Shown: piece by piece, positions 7,653 to 17,395 of the stretch
Layout of the letters: the number at the start of each line of letters is the position of its first letter
How positions within the stretch are numbered: the first letter of the stretch is position 1
Source of the DNA: a virus
Taxonomy: Duplodnaviria; Caudoviricetes
IMG/VR virus record: IMGVR_UViG_3300011335_000494
Coordinates: 1 to 41,403 of that record
DNA length: 41,403 bases
Direction: 5' to 3' (one strand)
Made by a program: the position numbers and the translations under genes
The notes under the pieces: model-generated
Databases searched by the model: none
What the model was told of the DNA's origin: nothing
What the model saw: the letters and a program-made list of their open reading frames with translations, nothing else

Positions 7653-7874
7653 GTGGATAATAATAACAAGGTTCCACGCTCAGTATACTTCGCTGATTTT
7701 TTAGTAGTCCTTGCAGGTTTTGTACATAACATTGCAAGTTCTGTACAAACTGCAACAGAAGAGTTAATGGAGATAGCTGTCTATAACGCTAACCGTAACT
7801 CAGAAGTCAATAAGGCTTGGGAACAATTTTCAAACGATTTAGAAAAGATACAGGAGGATACCGATGGCAGATAA
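7653..7874 (+). CDS. Hypothetical protein, 73 aa
   Basis: GGAGGT SD before GTG; ORF track. Confidence 0.7.
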   Translation: MDNNNKVPRSVYFADFLVVLAGFVHNIASSVQTATEELMEIAVYNANRNSEVNKAWEQFSNDLEKIQEDTDGR

Positions 7875-8226
7875 CGCATTGCAGATAGGCGGTCCAGGAA
7901 AATTCTCCGTACGTGAAGACCTACCACCGTCACAAAACTACGGTGATCGTAAGGCAATGGCAGAACAAATTGCAGGTGCGCCAACTACTGGCAAGCCATC
8001 TGCACAACCAGTTCCTGCTAGTGATATTAAGCAAGCAGTTAAGGCAGAACCATTGGTTGGAATGTTTGCTCCAACACAACGCCCTAACGAAGATATTATG
8101 ACTATTGCTGGTCCACCAAAGCCAGCCGAAGGTAAGTTGTCAGATACACTTGCAGCATTACTTCCATACGATACAACTGGAGAAGTTTCCGTTCTCTATC
8201 AGATGGCTTTATCTAGAGGTCAGTAG
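7864..8226 (+). CDS. Hypothetical virion-associated protein
   Basis: GGAGG SD; operon position. Confidence 0.75.
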   Translation: MADNALQIGGPGKFSVREDLPPSQNYGDRKAMAEQIAGAPTTGKPSAQPVPASDIKQAVKAEPLVGMFAPTQRPNEDIMTIAGPPKPAEGKLSDTLAALLPYDTTGEVSVLYQMALSRGQ

Positions 8227-11200
8227 TGGGATCAACTTCCAATAACCTTAAAGCTATCTCTGCTCAGGCTGGATTAACTCCAGAACAACAGCAGCAGATC
8301 AATGGATACGTTAAAGCCGTAGATACACATCAGAAGTTGTCATCTCTTCCAGCAGACGTTGCTAAGAAGGAGTATGCAAAACTAACTCCTGAGCAACAGA
8401 AGTCTTTGAAGGACAACTTTGGCAACGTAGAACAAAAGCGTGGATGGCTAGGAACAGCACTTCACTACACAGTAGAGCCAGTGTTTAACACTATTGCCGC
8501 TCCTGTGAAGTTAGCATTTAAGGGCGTTCAAGAACTTTCAGATTTAACTACACGTGCTTATCGCACAGCAGCTATCGCACTTGACCAGAATGTCAACATT
8601 GGTAAGGCGTGGACTACAGCAAACGATAAGGGCGATAAGGTCTTTAGTCCATCACGTATGGCTGAGGCAACAAGAATTTTTGGTTCAGGTTATATGTCTG
8701 TGGCACAAAAGGTCGCAGAAGGTATGACACTAGATCAGGTTATTGCAACTGGTACTGAAGAAGAAAAACTAATTGCATCTAAGGCTGCACAAAAGCAGGA
8801 TCCTTTATTCCAAGATGCACTAGATGCAGCACAGGCTGCTAAGTATTCTCCAGGTCGTGCTCTTGCTAACGCACTACTTCCTCAGAAGTGGGAAGGATCA
8901 GGTGCTGCATACAAGGCAATCTCTGGTCTTGGTGATGCAGCGTTTCGTGTATTCCTAGATCCAACTCTTATGCTTGGTAAAGCCAAGAAGACATATGACA
9001 TTGGAAAGTATGCGCTAGATAATATCGTTGGCGATGCAGGAAATGTACAAAAGGCATTTCAAACAGCAAGCGTACAACGATTTGATACAGCCTATGTTGG
9101 AGCGTTGAAGAATTATTCAGCAGCTCGCAAGGCAATCAAAGAAGGAACTGTAGATCCAAAGGCTTTAGTAGAAGCATCTATTCAACTCAAGCGCATTGCA
9201 CCAGAGTTTGGTGATGATGTTATTGAGGCTATGCTTAAAGAAGGCGTAGTCGAAGCAGGAACTATGAAGAACTTTCTTGCCAATAGCGAAGACGCATTGC
9301 GTACTCTCAAGGGTCAAGCAGGTCGTCAGGTTCAGTTGCTTCCACGTATGGACTTAGCACGTCAAACTCGTATCGCAGCATTGACTACTGGTAACAAAGT
9401 TCTTCGCTTTGACCAATCAGGTCGTCGCATTAGCCGTGAAGTGTTCAGTGACCAGACCAGCATTGGTGGCATTGAAGCACAACTAGCAGCACGAACAAAG
9501 TTTATTGATACACGCACAGGTGAGGCAGCAACTGCTAATACTCCACAGGAGTTCTTGAAGCAGGTTGAGAAGAGCATCATTGGTGAGGTTGAGCGCAAGA
9601 CTGCAAAACTTCGTGCAGATGGTGCATTCCGTATGCCACTGGATTATGTCCAAGATCGCATTGACCGCTTTGCATCTAAGTTTACAAAGGTTCCATTTTT
9701 CCGTGATAACTTCTTTGACCCTAACGCAGTAGATTCTGCTGAGAAGGTCTATCAGTTAGCACGTCTTGCTAATACTCGTTACAACTCACGCCTGTTTGCA
9801 GAAGCATTCAAGGCTGGAGATGAAGCACAGAAGCGTCAGATTATGATGGGTGTCTTCAATACAGTAGCTGAGATCCGCGGACTTAACAAAGTTCCTGGTG
9901 GCAAGAACATCCTAGACGATTTGGCTAACTCATCACGTGAGCAACTTTTTGCTCCACGTATCCTAGTTCGTGATGCTAAAGGTAAGCCAGTTCTTAATGA
10001 TGATGGTACCTATCGCTACTTTGAACCATCTAACTTTAACGATCAACAGTTTGCTATCTTTGATTTCCAACTAGCATCTGGTATGAGCGTTCCTAAGATT
10101 ACAGATCTTGATGGAGTCGTTGACCGCTACCAAGTAGCAAGCAAGTTAATGAATTGGTCACACTCTAAGTGGGCTGAGAATCTAACATCTGCTTGGTCAT
10201 TCTTAACTCTTGCTGGTCCTCGCTTTGCTGTACGTAACTCTATTGAAGACCTAATGGTTCACCTTGCTGTAGGCGATGGTGCTTGGGGATTAGTCGCAAG
10301 CAAGCGTCTATCTACTAAGCTACGCCTTGGTCAAGGTGGCGAAACTCTAGGTGTTATCAACAAACTCGTTAAGCGTTCAGATCGTGAACTCTACGCTGCA
10401 AAGATAAAAGATGCTAAGACCGTACAAGATGCTCGCAAGGTTATGGCAGATGCTGTTATGGCAGATAAGTACCTTGGTAAGTTAGATCCAGATGCACGTG
10501 CAATCATTGCTGAAATGGCAGAGTTTGGTGCTATTGATGATCTACTTGCAGGCGTTGCAGAAGGTGGCAAGAAGGGCATCACTGGTGCAGACCACTGGAC
10601 AGATGCACTTCGTAGCGTAGATAAGTACGGTACATCTCGTGAATATAAGATTGATGGCGTTACATATGCCAAGCAAAGCGGTGGAAACTACCGTGAGTAT
10701 TCTCCAATTAGTGCAGAAGGTCGTATTGCTTGGGTAACAAGCATTGCTGCAATCGGTAATGACCCATTGGGTTCTATTGCACTTCGCTATATTGAGAATC
10801 CTGTTTACGCTAAGAAGGCTATCGCTGACTTTATTAACTCTCCAGAGTATGCAGCACAGAAGGCTCGCTATCAACTGTATCGTCCAGGCAATAACGCTGA
10901 CGTTGCAGTTCACGCTGAGAATGTATACGCAGCTACTCGCAATCTATTTGTTAACAGCCAAGATGTACTTAACCAAAAGTTACTCAAGCAGGTTCGTATT
11001 CGTACACCTGAAGGTGGCATCAAAGTTAATACTCGTGACTTAGGTATTGATGATCTACCAAAGTTAGCAGAAGATGCACCACAGTTTGTATCTGGTCCAA
11101 GCATTATGCCTATCGCAGATGGTAATCCTGCTGGCAAAATCGTAGGAAAGCACTGGGATTGGGTTGGCGAGATGAATGCTCGCTGGTCACGTGAGCCAAT

Positions 11201-12989
11201 GGTTCTCTCTGCTGCTATTGATATGCGTAAGCGTTGGAAATCAGGCGGTCTAGAAGAGCGTTATATGAAGATGCTTACAGATCCTATCCGCAATAACTCT
11301 AAGTTGACTGCTGCTGAGAAGGAAGTCTTAATCAAAGACGCTGAACTCAAAGGTAAAGTCAAGATTATTGAGATGACTCAGGACCTTGCTAAAGAGCGAG
11401 TGCTTGCATATGTAGATAATCCAGAGGTTCGTACACAGTTAGCATTCACAATGCGTAACTTTGCTCGTTACTATCGTGCAACTGAAGACTTTTATCGCCG
11501 TGCGTTGCGTGGAGTTCGCTATAACCCAGAGTCAATCGCACGTATGTCATTGACTTATGAGGGTGTATCACACTCTGGCTTCGTTCAGAAGGACGATCAG
11601 GGTGAGGCTTACTTCATCTATCCAGGAATGCAGCCAGTTTACGCAGCAATGTCTAAACTTGCTACAGCATTTGGTATTAAAGGCGCATTTGTTGCACCTA
11701 TGCCAGTGGAATTTGGTGCAAAGCTCAATATGATTTCACCATCTATGAATCCAGACTCGTTGTTCCCAACATTTTCTGGTCCATTGGCAGCATTGCCAGT
11801 CAAGATGATGTACGAGTTGATTCCATCTCTGAAAGAATCAGAGAAGTACCTATTTGGTACCTATGGAGAAGACCAACCAATCATTAACGCTATCCTTCCA
11901 GCGCACATCAACCGTGCAATGGCAGCATTAAACAAGGATGAGCGTGATTCACAATACGCATCAGCTTTCCGTAAGGCAGTTACCTATCTAGAGGCTACTG
12001 GTCACGGGTTAAAGATTACAAAGGATGCACAGGGCAACGATATTCCACCAACTCCTGGTGAGTTAGAGGAATATCAGGACAAGTTGAAGTCAACAACCCA
12101 GACAGTATTGGGTATGCGCTTCTTCAGCGCCTTGGTATTGCCAGCATCACCTACAGTTCAGCTCAAGTCTGAGATGGCTGGATGGGTTCGTGATAACGAA
12201 CGTACAAGTTTCAAGCAAGTATTCTCTAACCTAGTTACTGAGTACAACGGTGACTATACCCGTGCTACTGAGGAATGGATCAAACTATTCCCAAAGCAGA
12301 TGCCATATACAGTCTCTGAATCTAAGAAGAACACAGTTGCTGTTATCAAGTATGGCGAGGCAGCAGGTAACTGGGTAGATAACAACACTGAACTGCTTAA
12401 GAAGTACCCAGAAGCGGCAGCATTCTTGATTCCAAACATTGGCAAGTTCAGTTATGACTCTTACAAGACAATGATGAACGAAGGCTTCCTTGACAAGAAG
12501 CAGGTCGGTGATTTCCTACGTGAGACACAGATTGCTACTGACAAGCAGTATTACTTCCAGCAACGCAAAGATTATATGGAAGCTCTTGCATCTACAGCAT
12601 CAACAGATCAAAAGCGTATGATTAACGATAAGTGGGATTCTTGGTCTAAACAGTTTATGTCTGTTCGACCACAACTACAGACAGAGTTTGCATCAGGCGG
12701 TGCAAGTGATGTGCGTCGTGGCATAGCATTAGATGATCTTCGTCGTATGCTTACAACTGAAAAGAATCTTCCAAAGACAAAGACTGTTACAGTGCTTCGT
12801 CAGATGCTTCAATCTTATGACAACTTCAGCGCACAGTTCTCATCTATTACAGATAGAACAGATGCAGCACAGGATCGTAAGAATGCTCTTCAAGCAGGTG
12901 CTAAGGCTCAGCTACAAGAGTTAGCTAATAGCAATCCAAATACTAAATCAGCATATGATGTTTTGTTTGCATCATTGATCGGAGACTAA
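8226..12989 (+). CDS. Large internal virion/ejection (DNA transfer) protein, 1587 aa
   Basis: Size, Ala-rich helical composition and podovirus context; function inferred. Confidence 0.6.
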   Translation: MGSTSNNLKAISAQAGLTPEQQQQINGYVKAVDTHQKLSSLPADVAKKEYAKLTPEQQKSLKDNFGNVEQKRGWLGTALHYTVEPVFNTIAAPVKLAFKGVQELSDLTTRAYRTAAIALDQNVNIGKAWTTANDKGDKVFSPSRMAEATRIFGSGYMSVAQKVAEGMTLDQVIATGTEEEKLIASKAAQKQDPLFQDALDAAQAAKYSPGRALANALLPQKWEGSGAAYKAISGLGDAAFRVFLDPTLMLGKAKKTYDIGKYALDNIVGDAGNVQKAFQTASVQRFDTAYVGALKNYSAARKAIKEGTVDPKALVEASIQLKRIAPEFGDDVIEAMLKEGVVEAGTMKNFLANSEDALRTLKGQAGRQVQLLPRMDLARQTRIAALTTGNKVLRFDQSGRRISREVFSDQTSIGGIEAQLAARTKFIDTRTGEAATANTPQEFLKQVEKSIIGEVERKTAKLRADGAFRMPLDYVQDRIDRFASKFTKVPFFRDNFFDPNAVDSAEKVYQLARLANTRYNSRLFAEAFKAGDEAQKRQIMMGVFNTVAEIRGLNKVPGGKNILDDLANSSREQLFAPRILVRDAKGKPVLNDDGTYRYFEPSNFNDQQFAIFDFQLASGMSVPKITDLDGVVDRYQVASKLMNWSHSKWAENLTSAWSFLTLAGPRFAVRNSIEDLMVHLAVGDGAWGLVASKRLSTKLRLGQGGETLGVINKLVKRSDRELYAAKIKDAKTVQDARKVMADAVMADKYLGKLDPDARAIIAEMAEFGAIDDLLAGVAEGGKKGITGADHWTDALRSVDKYGTSREYKIDGVTYAKQSGGNYREYSPISAEGRIAWVTSIAAIGNDPLGSIALRYIENPVYAKKAIADFINSPEYAAQKARYQLYRPGNNADVAVHAENVYAATRNLFVNSQDVLNQKLLKQVRIRTPEGGIKVNTRDLGIDDLPKLAEDAPQFVSGPSIMPIADGNPAGKIVGKHWDWVGEMNARWSREPMVLSAAIDMRKRWKSGGLEERYMKMLTDPIRNNSKLTAAEKEVLIKDAELKGKVKIIEMTQDLAKERVLAYVDNPEVRTQLAFTMRNFARYYRATEDFYRRALRGVRYNPESIARMSLTYEGVSHSGFVQKDDQGEAYFIYPGMQPVYAAMSKLATAFGIKGAFVAPMPVEFGAKLNMISPSMNPDSLFPTFSGPLAALPVKMMYELIPSLKESEKYLFGTYGEDQPIINAILPAHINRAMAALNKDERDSQYASAFRKAVTYLEATGHGLKITKDAQGNDIPPTPGELEEYQDKLKSTTQTVLGMRFFSALVLPASPTVQLKSEMAGWVRDNERTSFKQVFSNLVTEYNGDYTRATEEWIKLFPKQMPYTVSESKKNTVAVIKYGEAAGNWVDNNTELLKKYPEAAAFLIPNIGKFSYDSYKTMMNEGFLDKKQVGDFLRETQIATDKQYYFQQRKDYMEALASTASTDQKRMINDKWDSWSKQFMSVRPQLQTEFASGGASDVRRGIALDDLRRMLTTEKNLPKTKTVTVLRQMLQSYDNFSAQFSSITDRTDAAQDRKNALQAGAKAQLQELANSNPNTKSAYDVLFASLIGD

Positions 12990-12990
12990 A

Positions 12991-13749
12991 GTGCCAGTAG
13001 GTAAAAGTAGTGGTGTAGGCAAGGTTACTAAGCAGCAACCTGCTGCTGGAACAGCAGATGCCACAACATCTGGCGGCTGGAGTAGTGGTGGTATTGGTGA
13101 TGTTTCATACATCACTTCAAGTATTCCTACTGCAGCAAACCCAAACAATGTAGAAAAGACTACTCAGAAAGAACTTATCCGTAAGTTCCTAGAGATGTCA
13201 CCACAAGAACGCATTGGCATTGGTAATCGTCTCAAGTCTGCTGGATATAGCATTGGAGCATTGACTGGTCAGGCTACTAAAGATCTTCGTAACGCCTATC
13301 TCAAGGCTTATGACGACCTTAATCAAGAAATCCTTATTGGTCAGCAACTAGATTTCAACACCTTCCTTTCTCGTGAAGCAGGTGCAGGTGCTGGTACAGG
13401 TGCTGGTCCACGTAAGCCATATACACAGGCAGAAGAGATTAACGATACTGCTGCTAAGACTTTGATTGATGGAATTGTTAAGAGCCTTACTGGTCGTCCT
13501 ACAGCAACTCCAGATGAGGTTGCTAAATATACAGCGATGATTCGTGCTCAACAGAAGAAGAACCCATTGGTTACTACATACACAACCAGCGGAAGTCAGA
13601 CTACTGGGTCAAAGACTACTGGTGGTTTTGGTGCTCAAGAAGCACAGCAATTCTTAATTGACAAAATTTCACAAGGTGATGAAGCCAAGGCAACTCGTGC
13701 TTTGGATGCATACTCAACCGTAGTAGGTATGTTTGGAGGGTTGCGCTAA
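12991..13749 (+). CDS. Probable internal virion protein
   Basis: Coupled to neighbours; Gly/Thr/Ala-rich. Confidence 0.55.
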   Translation: MPVGKSSGVGKVTKQQPAAGTADATTSGGWSSGGIGDVSYITSSIPTAANPNNVEKTTQKELIRKFLEMSPQERIGIGNRLKSAGYSIGALTGQATKDLRNAYLKAYDDLNQEILIGQQLDFNTFLSREAGAGAGTGAGPRKPYTQAEEINDTAAKTLIDGIVKSLTGRPTATPDEVAKYTAMIRAQQKKNPLVTTYTTSGSQTTGSKTTGGFGAQEAQQFLIDKISQGDEAKATRALDAYSTVVGMFGGLR

Positions 13750-15428
13750 TGGCATTACAACCAACACAAACAAATCTAGAACAACGCCTGCGTATGCAGT
13801 TATTACGTGACAAGGCAAGCCTTGAAACAAAGAAGAGCAGCAAGCAAATAGCATTAGACATTTCTACAGATCCTAAAGCATCTGCTGCACGTCGTGCTGA
13901 GTTCAGAGCCAAGTATGAAAAACTTGTTAAAGAAGTATCTGATCTTGAAGATAAGATTGATAGCACTACAAAAGAAGTTAATAAAGCTAAGGCTAGCAAG
14001 AATTTAGATAAATATGACAAGGTAGAAGGTCAACAAAAGATTGCTGATATTAAAGAGCAATATGGTCTTTTAGCAGAAGCCTATAAACTCGATCAGGATC
14101 CTGGAATTAAGACAAAGATTGATAGTCTTATTCAAGACTACAAAGATGTCTCTACTAGCATAAGTGGACGGCCTATCTCACTTGCTGCTGCAAGAACAGA
14201 ACTTACAAAGGTTGTACCTACGTTTGGTTCACCTACAAAGGTAGGTTCTCCAGATATTGCACCTGCTGGTCCTACAGGAACTCCAGCACAAAAGCCAAAG
14301 GTAACCACTGGTGGTACAACTGGAGGAACTACAGGTGGCACCACAGGCGGTGCAACAGGTGGTATTGCTCCAATTATAGGTACAGGACAAGCAGCACCAT
14401 CTACATTTAATGTAGGAACATTCCGTGCTGCAGATGAAGCATCTATGGCTAAGGCAGCGGGTGTAACTCCAGGATCCGTTGTTGCTAAATACGATGCACT
14501 TCTTGCTAAGGTGCAAGCAGACTATAGCCTTCCAGATATTATCTTTAGTAATGTTAAGTCGCTAGGAGATATTCTCAACAAGTATGTCAATGGAAAGATT
14601 GACCTTGACCAGTTCAAGCAAGAAGTTGCTAAGGATCCTTGGTATCGCCAAAACTCTACTGAGATTAAGGCTCGTTACCTACAAAAGTTTAACTATGACG
14701 ATCTAGTCAAATCTGGTCAGGCTAAGGGAACCACTGACTATGAGATGCAGATTGCCAAGATTACTCGTAACCTGCAAGCAAAGGCACGTGAACTAGGTTC
14801 TGCCATTGATGAAGGTCAAGCAAAGCTCATTGCTGAAGATCTATATATTCATAATCAGGATGCAGATGAGGCAGTAATTGCTCGTCGTCTTGCTACTGGT
14901 ATTCGTCCTATTGCTGGAATGATTGCTGGAAAGATCACAGAAGATTACAGTGGTCAAGCACTCCAGAACTACCAAGGACTTCAAGCACTTGCTAAGCAAA
15001 ATGGATTTAGGTTAGAAGATATCCTTCCACGTGATGCTGCTGGTAAGCCAATGACAGCACAGGGAACATTACAGGCTTTAGCATTGGGAGAAATAGACCC
15101 AACTCGTATTGCACAAGATGTTCGCAAACTTGCAGCTATTGGTCAACCACAATTTGTACGCGACTTACTTGGTCAAGGTGTTAACCTAGAAGATATTTAT
15201 GCTCCATACAAGAAGACTATGGCTAATGTTTTAGAACTAGACCCAGGTCAAATTGATCTTAATGATCCAACGCTTCGTATGGCTATCAATGAAAAGGGCG
15301 ATATGAACCTTTACGATTATTCAAAGATGTTGCGTCAGGATTCTCGCTGGCAGTACACAGGTGATGCACGTGAAAAGGTATCAGATGGCGCTCTTACGGT
15401 TCTTCGTAACTTCGGATTTCAGGGGTAA
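13749..15428 (+). CDS. Probable internal virion protein with coiled-coil N-terminus and GGTT linker repeats
   Basis: ORF track; (GGTT)n at ~14305-14362; coupled starts. Confidence 0.55.
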   Translation: MALQPTQTNLEQRLRMQLLRDKASLETKKSSKQIALDISTDPKASAARRAEFRAKYEKLVKEVSDLEDKIDSTTKEVNKAKASKNLDKYDKVEGQQKIADIKEQYGLLAEAYKLDQDPGIKTKIDSLIQDYKDVSTSISGRPISLAAARTELTKVVPTFGSPTKVGSPDIAPAGPTGTPAQKPKVTTGGTTGGTTGGTTGGATGGIAPIIGTGQAAPSTFNVGTFRAADEASMAKAAGVTPGSVVAKYDALLAKVQADYSLPDIIFSNVKSLGDILNKYVNGKIDLDQFKQEVAKDPWYRQNSTEIKARYLQKFNYDDLVKSGQAKGTTDYEMQIAKITRNLQAKARELGSAIDEGQAKLIAEDLYIHNQDADEAVIARRLATGIRPIAGMIAGKITEDYSGQALQNYQGLQALAKQNGFRLEDILPRDAAGKPMTAQGTLQALALGEIDPTRIAQDVRKLAAIGQPQFVRDLLGQGVNLEDIYAPYKKTMANVLELDPGQIDLNDPTLRMAINEKGDMNLYDYSKMLRQDSRWQYTGDAREKVSDGALTVLRNFGFQG

Positions 15429-15431
15429 ATA

Positions 15432-16769
15432 ATGGCTAATTACAATTCAGATGTAATGCAACTTGATGAAGGGTCTACTGGCGCACCACGAGTTTCTGGT
15501 CCACGTAGCACTCCACTTACAGAAGAACAACTTGCTAAATTACTAGAAGAAGAAAATGCCAAATATGATCCAGTAACTGGTATGCCTTTAGATCTTCTTA
15601 CAAGCGATATTCCAGAGATTCGTCAATCTTTTACTAAGCCAGGATTTACACCTGGGCCATATCCTAAAGAGTTTGAAAAGTTCTTTGGTGCTGCAGATCC
15701 TAATATGCTCGGCTATAAGATTATTACTAATGCTGATGGAAGCAAGCAATTAGAAGTTCAAACAGGGCCTAATTCAAGTCAAACATTTGGTGCTCCAATT
15801 AAGGTTAGTGCTGAGGGTGGAGTATCTTTATTTAATACACCAACTTTAGGAAGTGGAACAACATCTACTACCACAAGTTCTTCAACAAGTAATCTTTATC
15901 CACCAGGATCAGATGCAGCTAAGGCTTGGGATTCACGTAAATCTGCTTATGATTTGTTATACGAAGAGTTTAATAAATATGGACTTGGTTCATTAGTAAC
16001 ACCGCTAAAAGATCTCATTACATCAGGAGTGTCTCCATCAGAATTTACACTTCGTTTGCGTGAAACAGATGCATACAAGAAGCGTTTTTCAGCTAATGAG
16101 GCTCGCATTAAGAATGGTCTTCGTGCTCTATCTGAATTTGAATACATCACGAAAGAAGATGCTTACCAAGAGGTAATGCGCCGTAGGGGTTTACCACCAG
16201 AGTATTATGCAAAAGGTGACCTTGGTGTTCAAAAGGGATTTGATGCACTTATTTCTGGAGACGTATCTTCTACCGAATTAGAAGATCGTATTGTTACAGC
16301 ACAAGATCGTGTGCTTAATGCCAACCCAGAGATTGCTAAGACACTCAAAGAATTCTATCCAGGTATCTCCAATGGAGATATTTTGGCTTATGCACTAGAT
16401 CCCGCTAACGCTATCAACGCTATCAAGCGTAAGATTACTGCTGCTGAAATTGGAACTGCTGCTAAGGCAGAGGGACTAACTAGCGGATTAAGCCGTGCTG
16501 AGGAACTGGCAGCAATGGGTATCACTGGTGCCGCAGCGCAACAGGGTTACCAAACAATCGCTGGCATAACACCACGTGCTGGTCAGTTAGCAGATATTTA
16601 CAAGCAATCTCCATATACACAGCAAACAGCAGAAGCTGAAGTCTTTGGACTTGCTGGATCTTCTGAGGCTGTAAGACAGCGTAAGAAGTTAACACAACTA
16701 GAAACTGCAGCCTTCCAAGGAAGTGCAGGAGCTGGAGCAATCGCCAGAGATCGTGCTGGCGTACTATAA
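15432..16769 (+). CDS. Probable internal virion protein
   Basis: ORF track; Ala/Gln/Gly-rich C-terminus like podovirus ejection proteins. Confidence 0.55.
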   Translation: MANYNSDVMQLDEGSTGAPRVSGPRSTPLTEEQLAKLLEEENAKYDPVTGMPLDLLTSDIPEIRQSFTKPGFTPGPYPKEFEKFFGAADPNMLGYKIITNADGSKQLEVQTGPNSSQTFGAPIKVSAEGGVSLFNTPTLGSGTTSTTTSSSTSNLYPPGSDAAKAWDSRKSAYDLLYEEFNKYGLGSLVTPLKDLITSGVSPSEFTLRLRETDAYKKRFSANEARIKNGLRALSEFEYITKEDAYQEVMRRRGLPPEYYAKGDLGVQKGFDALISGDVSSTELEDRIVTAQDRVLNANPEIAKTLKEFYPGISNGDILAYALDPANAINAIKRKITAAEIGTAAKAEGLTSGLSRAEELAAMGITGAAAQQGYQTIAGITPRAGQLADIYKQSPYTQQTAEAEVFGLAGSSEAVRQRKKLTQLETAAFQGSAGAGAIARDRAGVL

Positions 16770-16779
16770 ATAAAGCCTG

Positions 16780-16865
16780 CCAATGGAACGACTGGTCCGT
16801 TGGAGTGATAACAAAACCAGTAGCAAGAGCCACACCACTTACCCCAAGGTGACTGTGAGGCTTGC
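16780..16865 (+). ncRNA. Candidate structured leader (H-type pseudoknot plus hairpin) upstream of the scaffold gene
   Basis: Stem CCAATGGA/TCCGTTGG; loop ACTGG pairs with downstream CCAGT (16817-16821); followed by a GCAAG...CTTGC hairpin. Confidence 0.5.
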
Positions 16866-16895
16866 GTCAAACTAACAAGAATGGGAGAAGGACCT

Positions 16896-17363
16896 ATGTC
16901 CAACTATGACTACGAGGACGATGACTTCAATTATGAAGACAGCGGAAATGACCTTGTAAAACAACTGCGTAAGGCTACTAAGCAAAAAGACAAAGAACTG
17001 GCTGAACTAAAGGCACAGTTTGAAACTCTTAATAAAACGCAAAGAGAACGAGCAATCAAAGATGCCCTCGAAAGTCGCGGGGTAAATAGCAAAATTGCTT
17101 CATTTATCCCACAGGACATTGACCCAACTGAGGAGTCTGTGTCTAAATGGTTAGCAGATTATGCCGATGTATTCGGTATTGAAACTAATCAAAACCAGGC
17201 AACACCTAATGTAGATCCAGCCCAAGCTGCTGCATATAAGCGTATGACTAATGCTGTCGAATCAGGAGCTTCTCCTGAACACAACGACAACATTATGCAA
17301 CGCCTAATGAATGCAAACAGCAAGGAAGAACTGGATGAAGTCATTAGATTGTCTGGACTCTAA
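16896..17363 (+). CDS. Capsid scaffolding protein
   Basis: Acidic N-terminus, coiled coil, directly upstream of the capsid gene; ATG 16896 follows GAGAAGGA. Confidence 0.8.
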   Translation: MSNYDYEDDDFNYEDSGNDLVKQLRKATKQKDKELAELKAQFETLNKTQRERAIKDALESRGVNSKIASFIPQDIDPTEESVSKWLADYADVFGIETNQNQATPNVDPAQAAAYKRMTNAVESGASPEHNDNIMQRLMNANSKEELDEVIRLSGL

Positions 17364-17395
17364 TCCGATCCTAAAACAGAAAGGCTAGACCACAA

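Noticed and set aside
16780-16865. Known self-cleaving ribozyme (HDV, pistol, hammerhead)
   Set aside because: I could not fit the required extra stems or catalytic core residues; kept only as a generic pseudoknot
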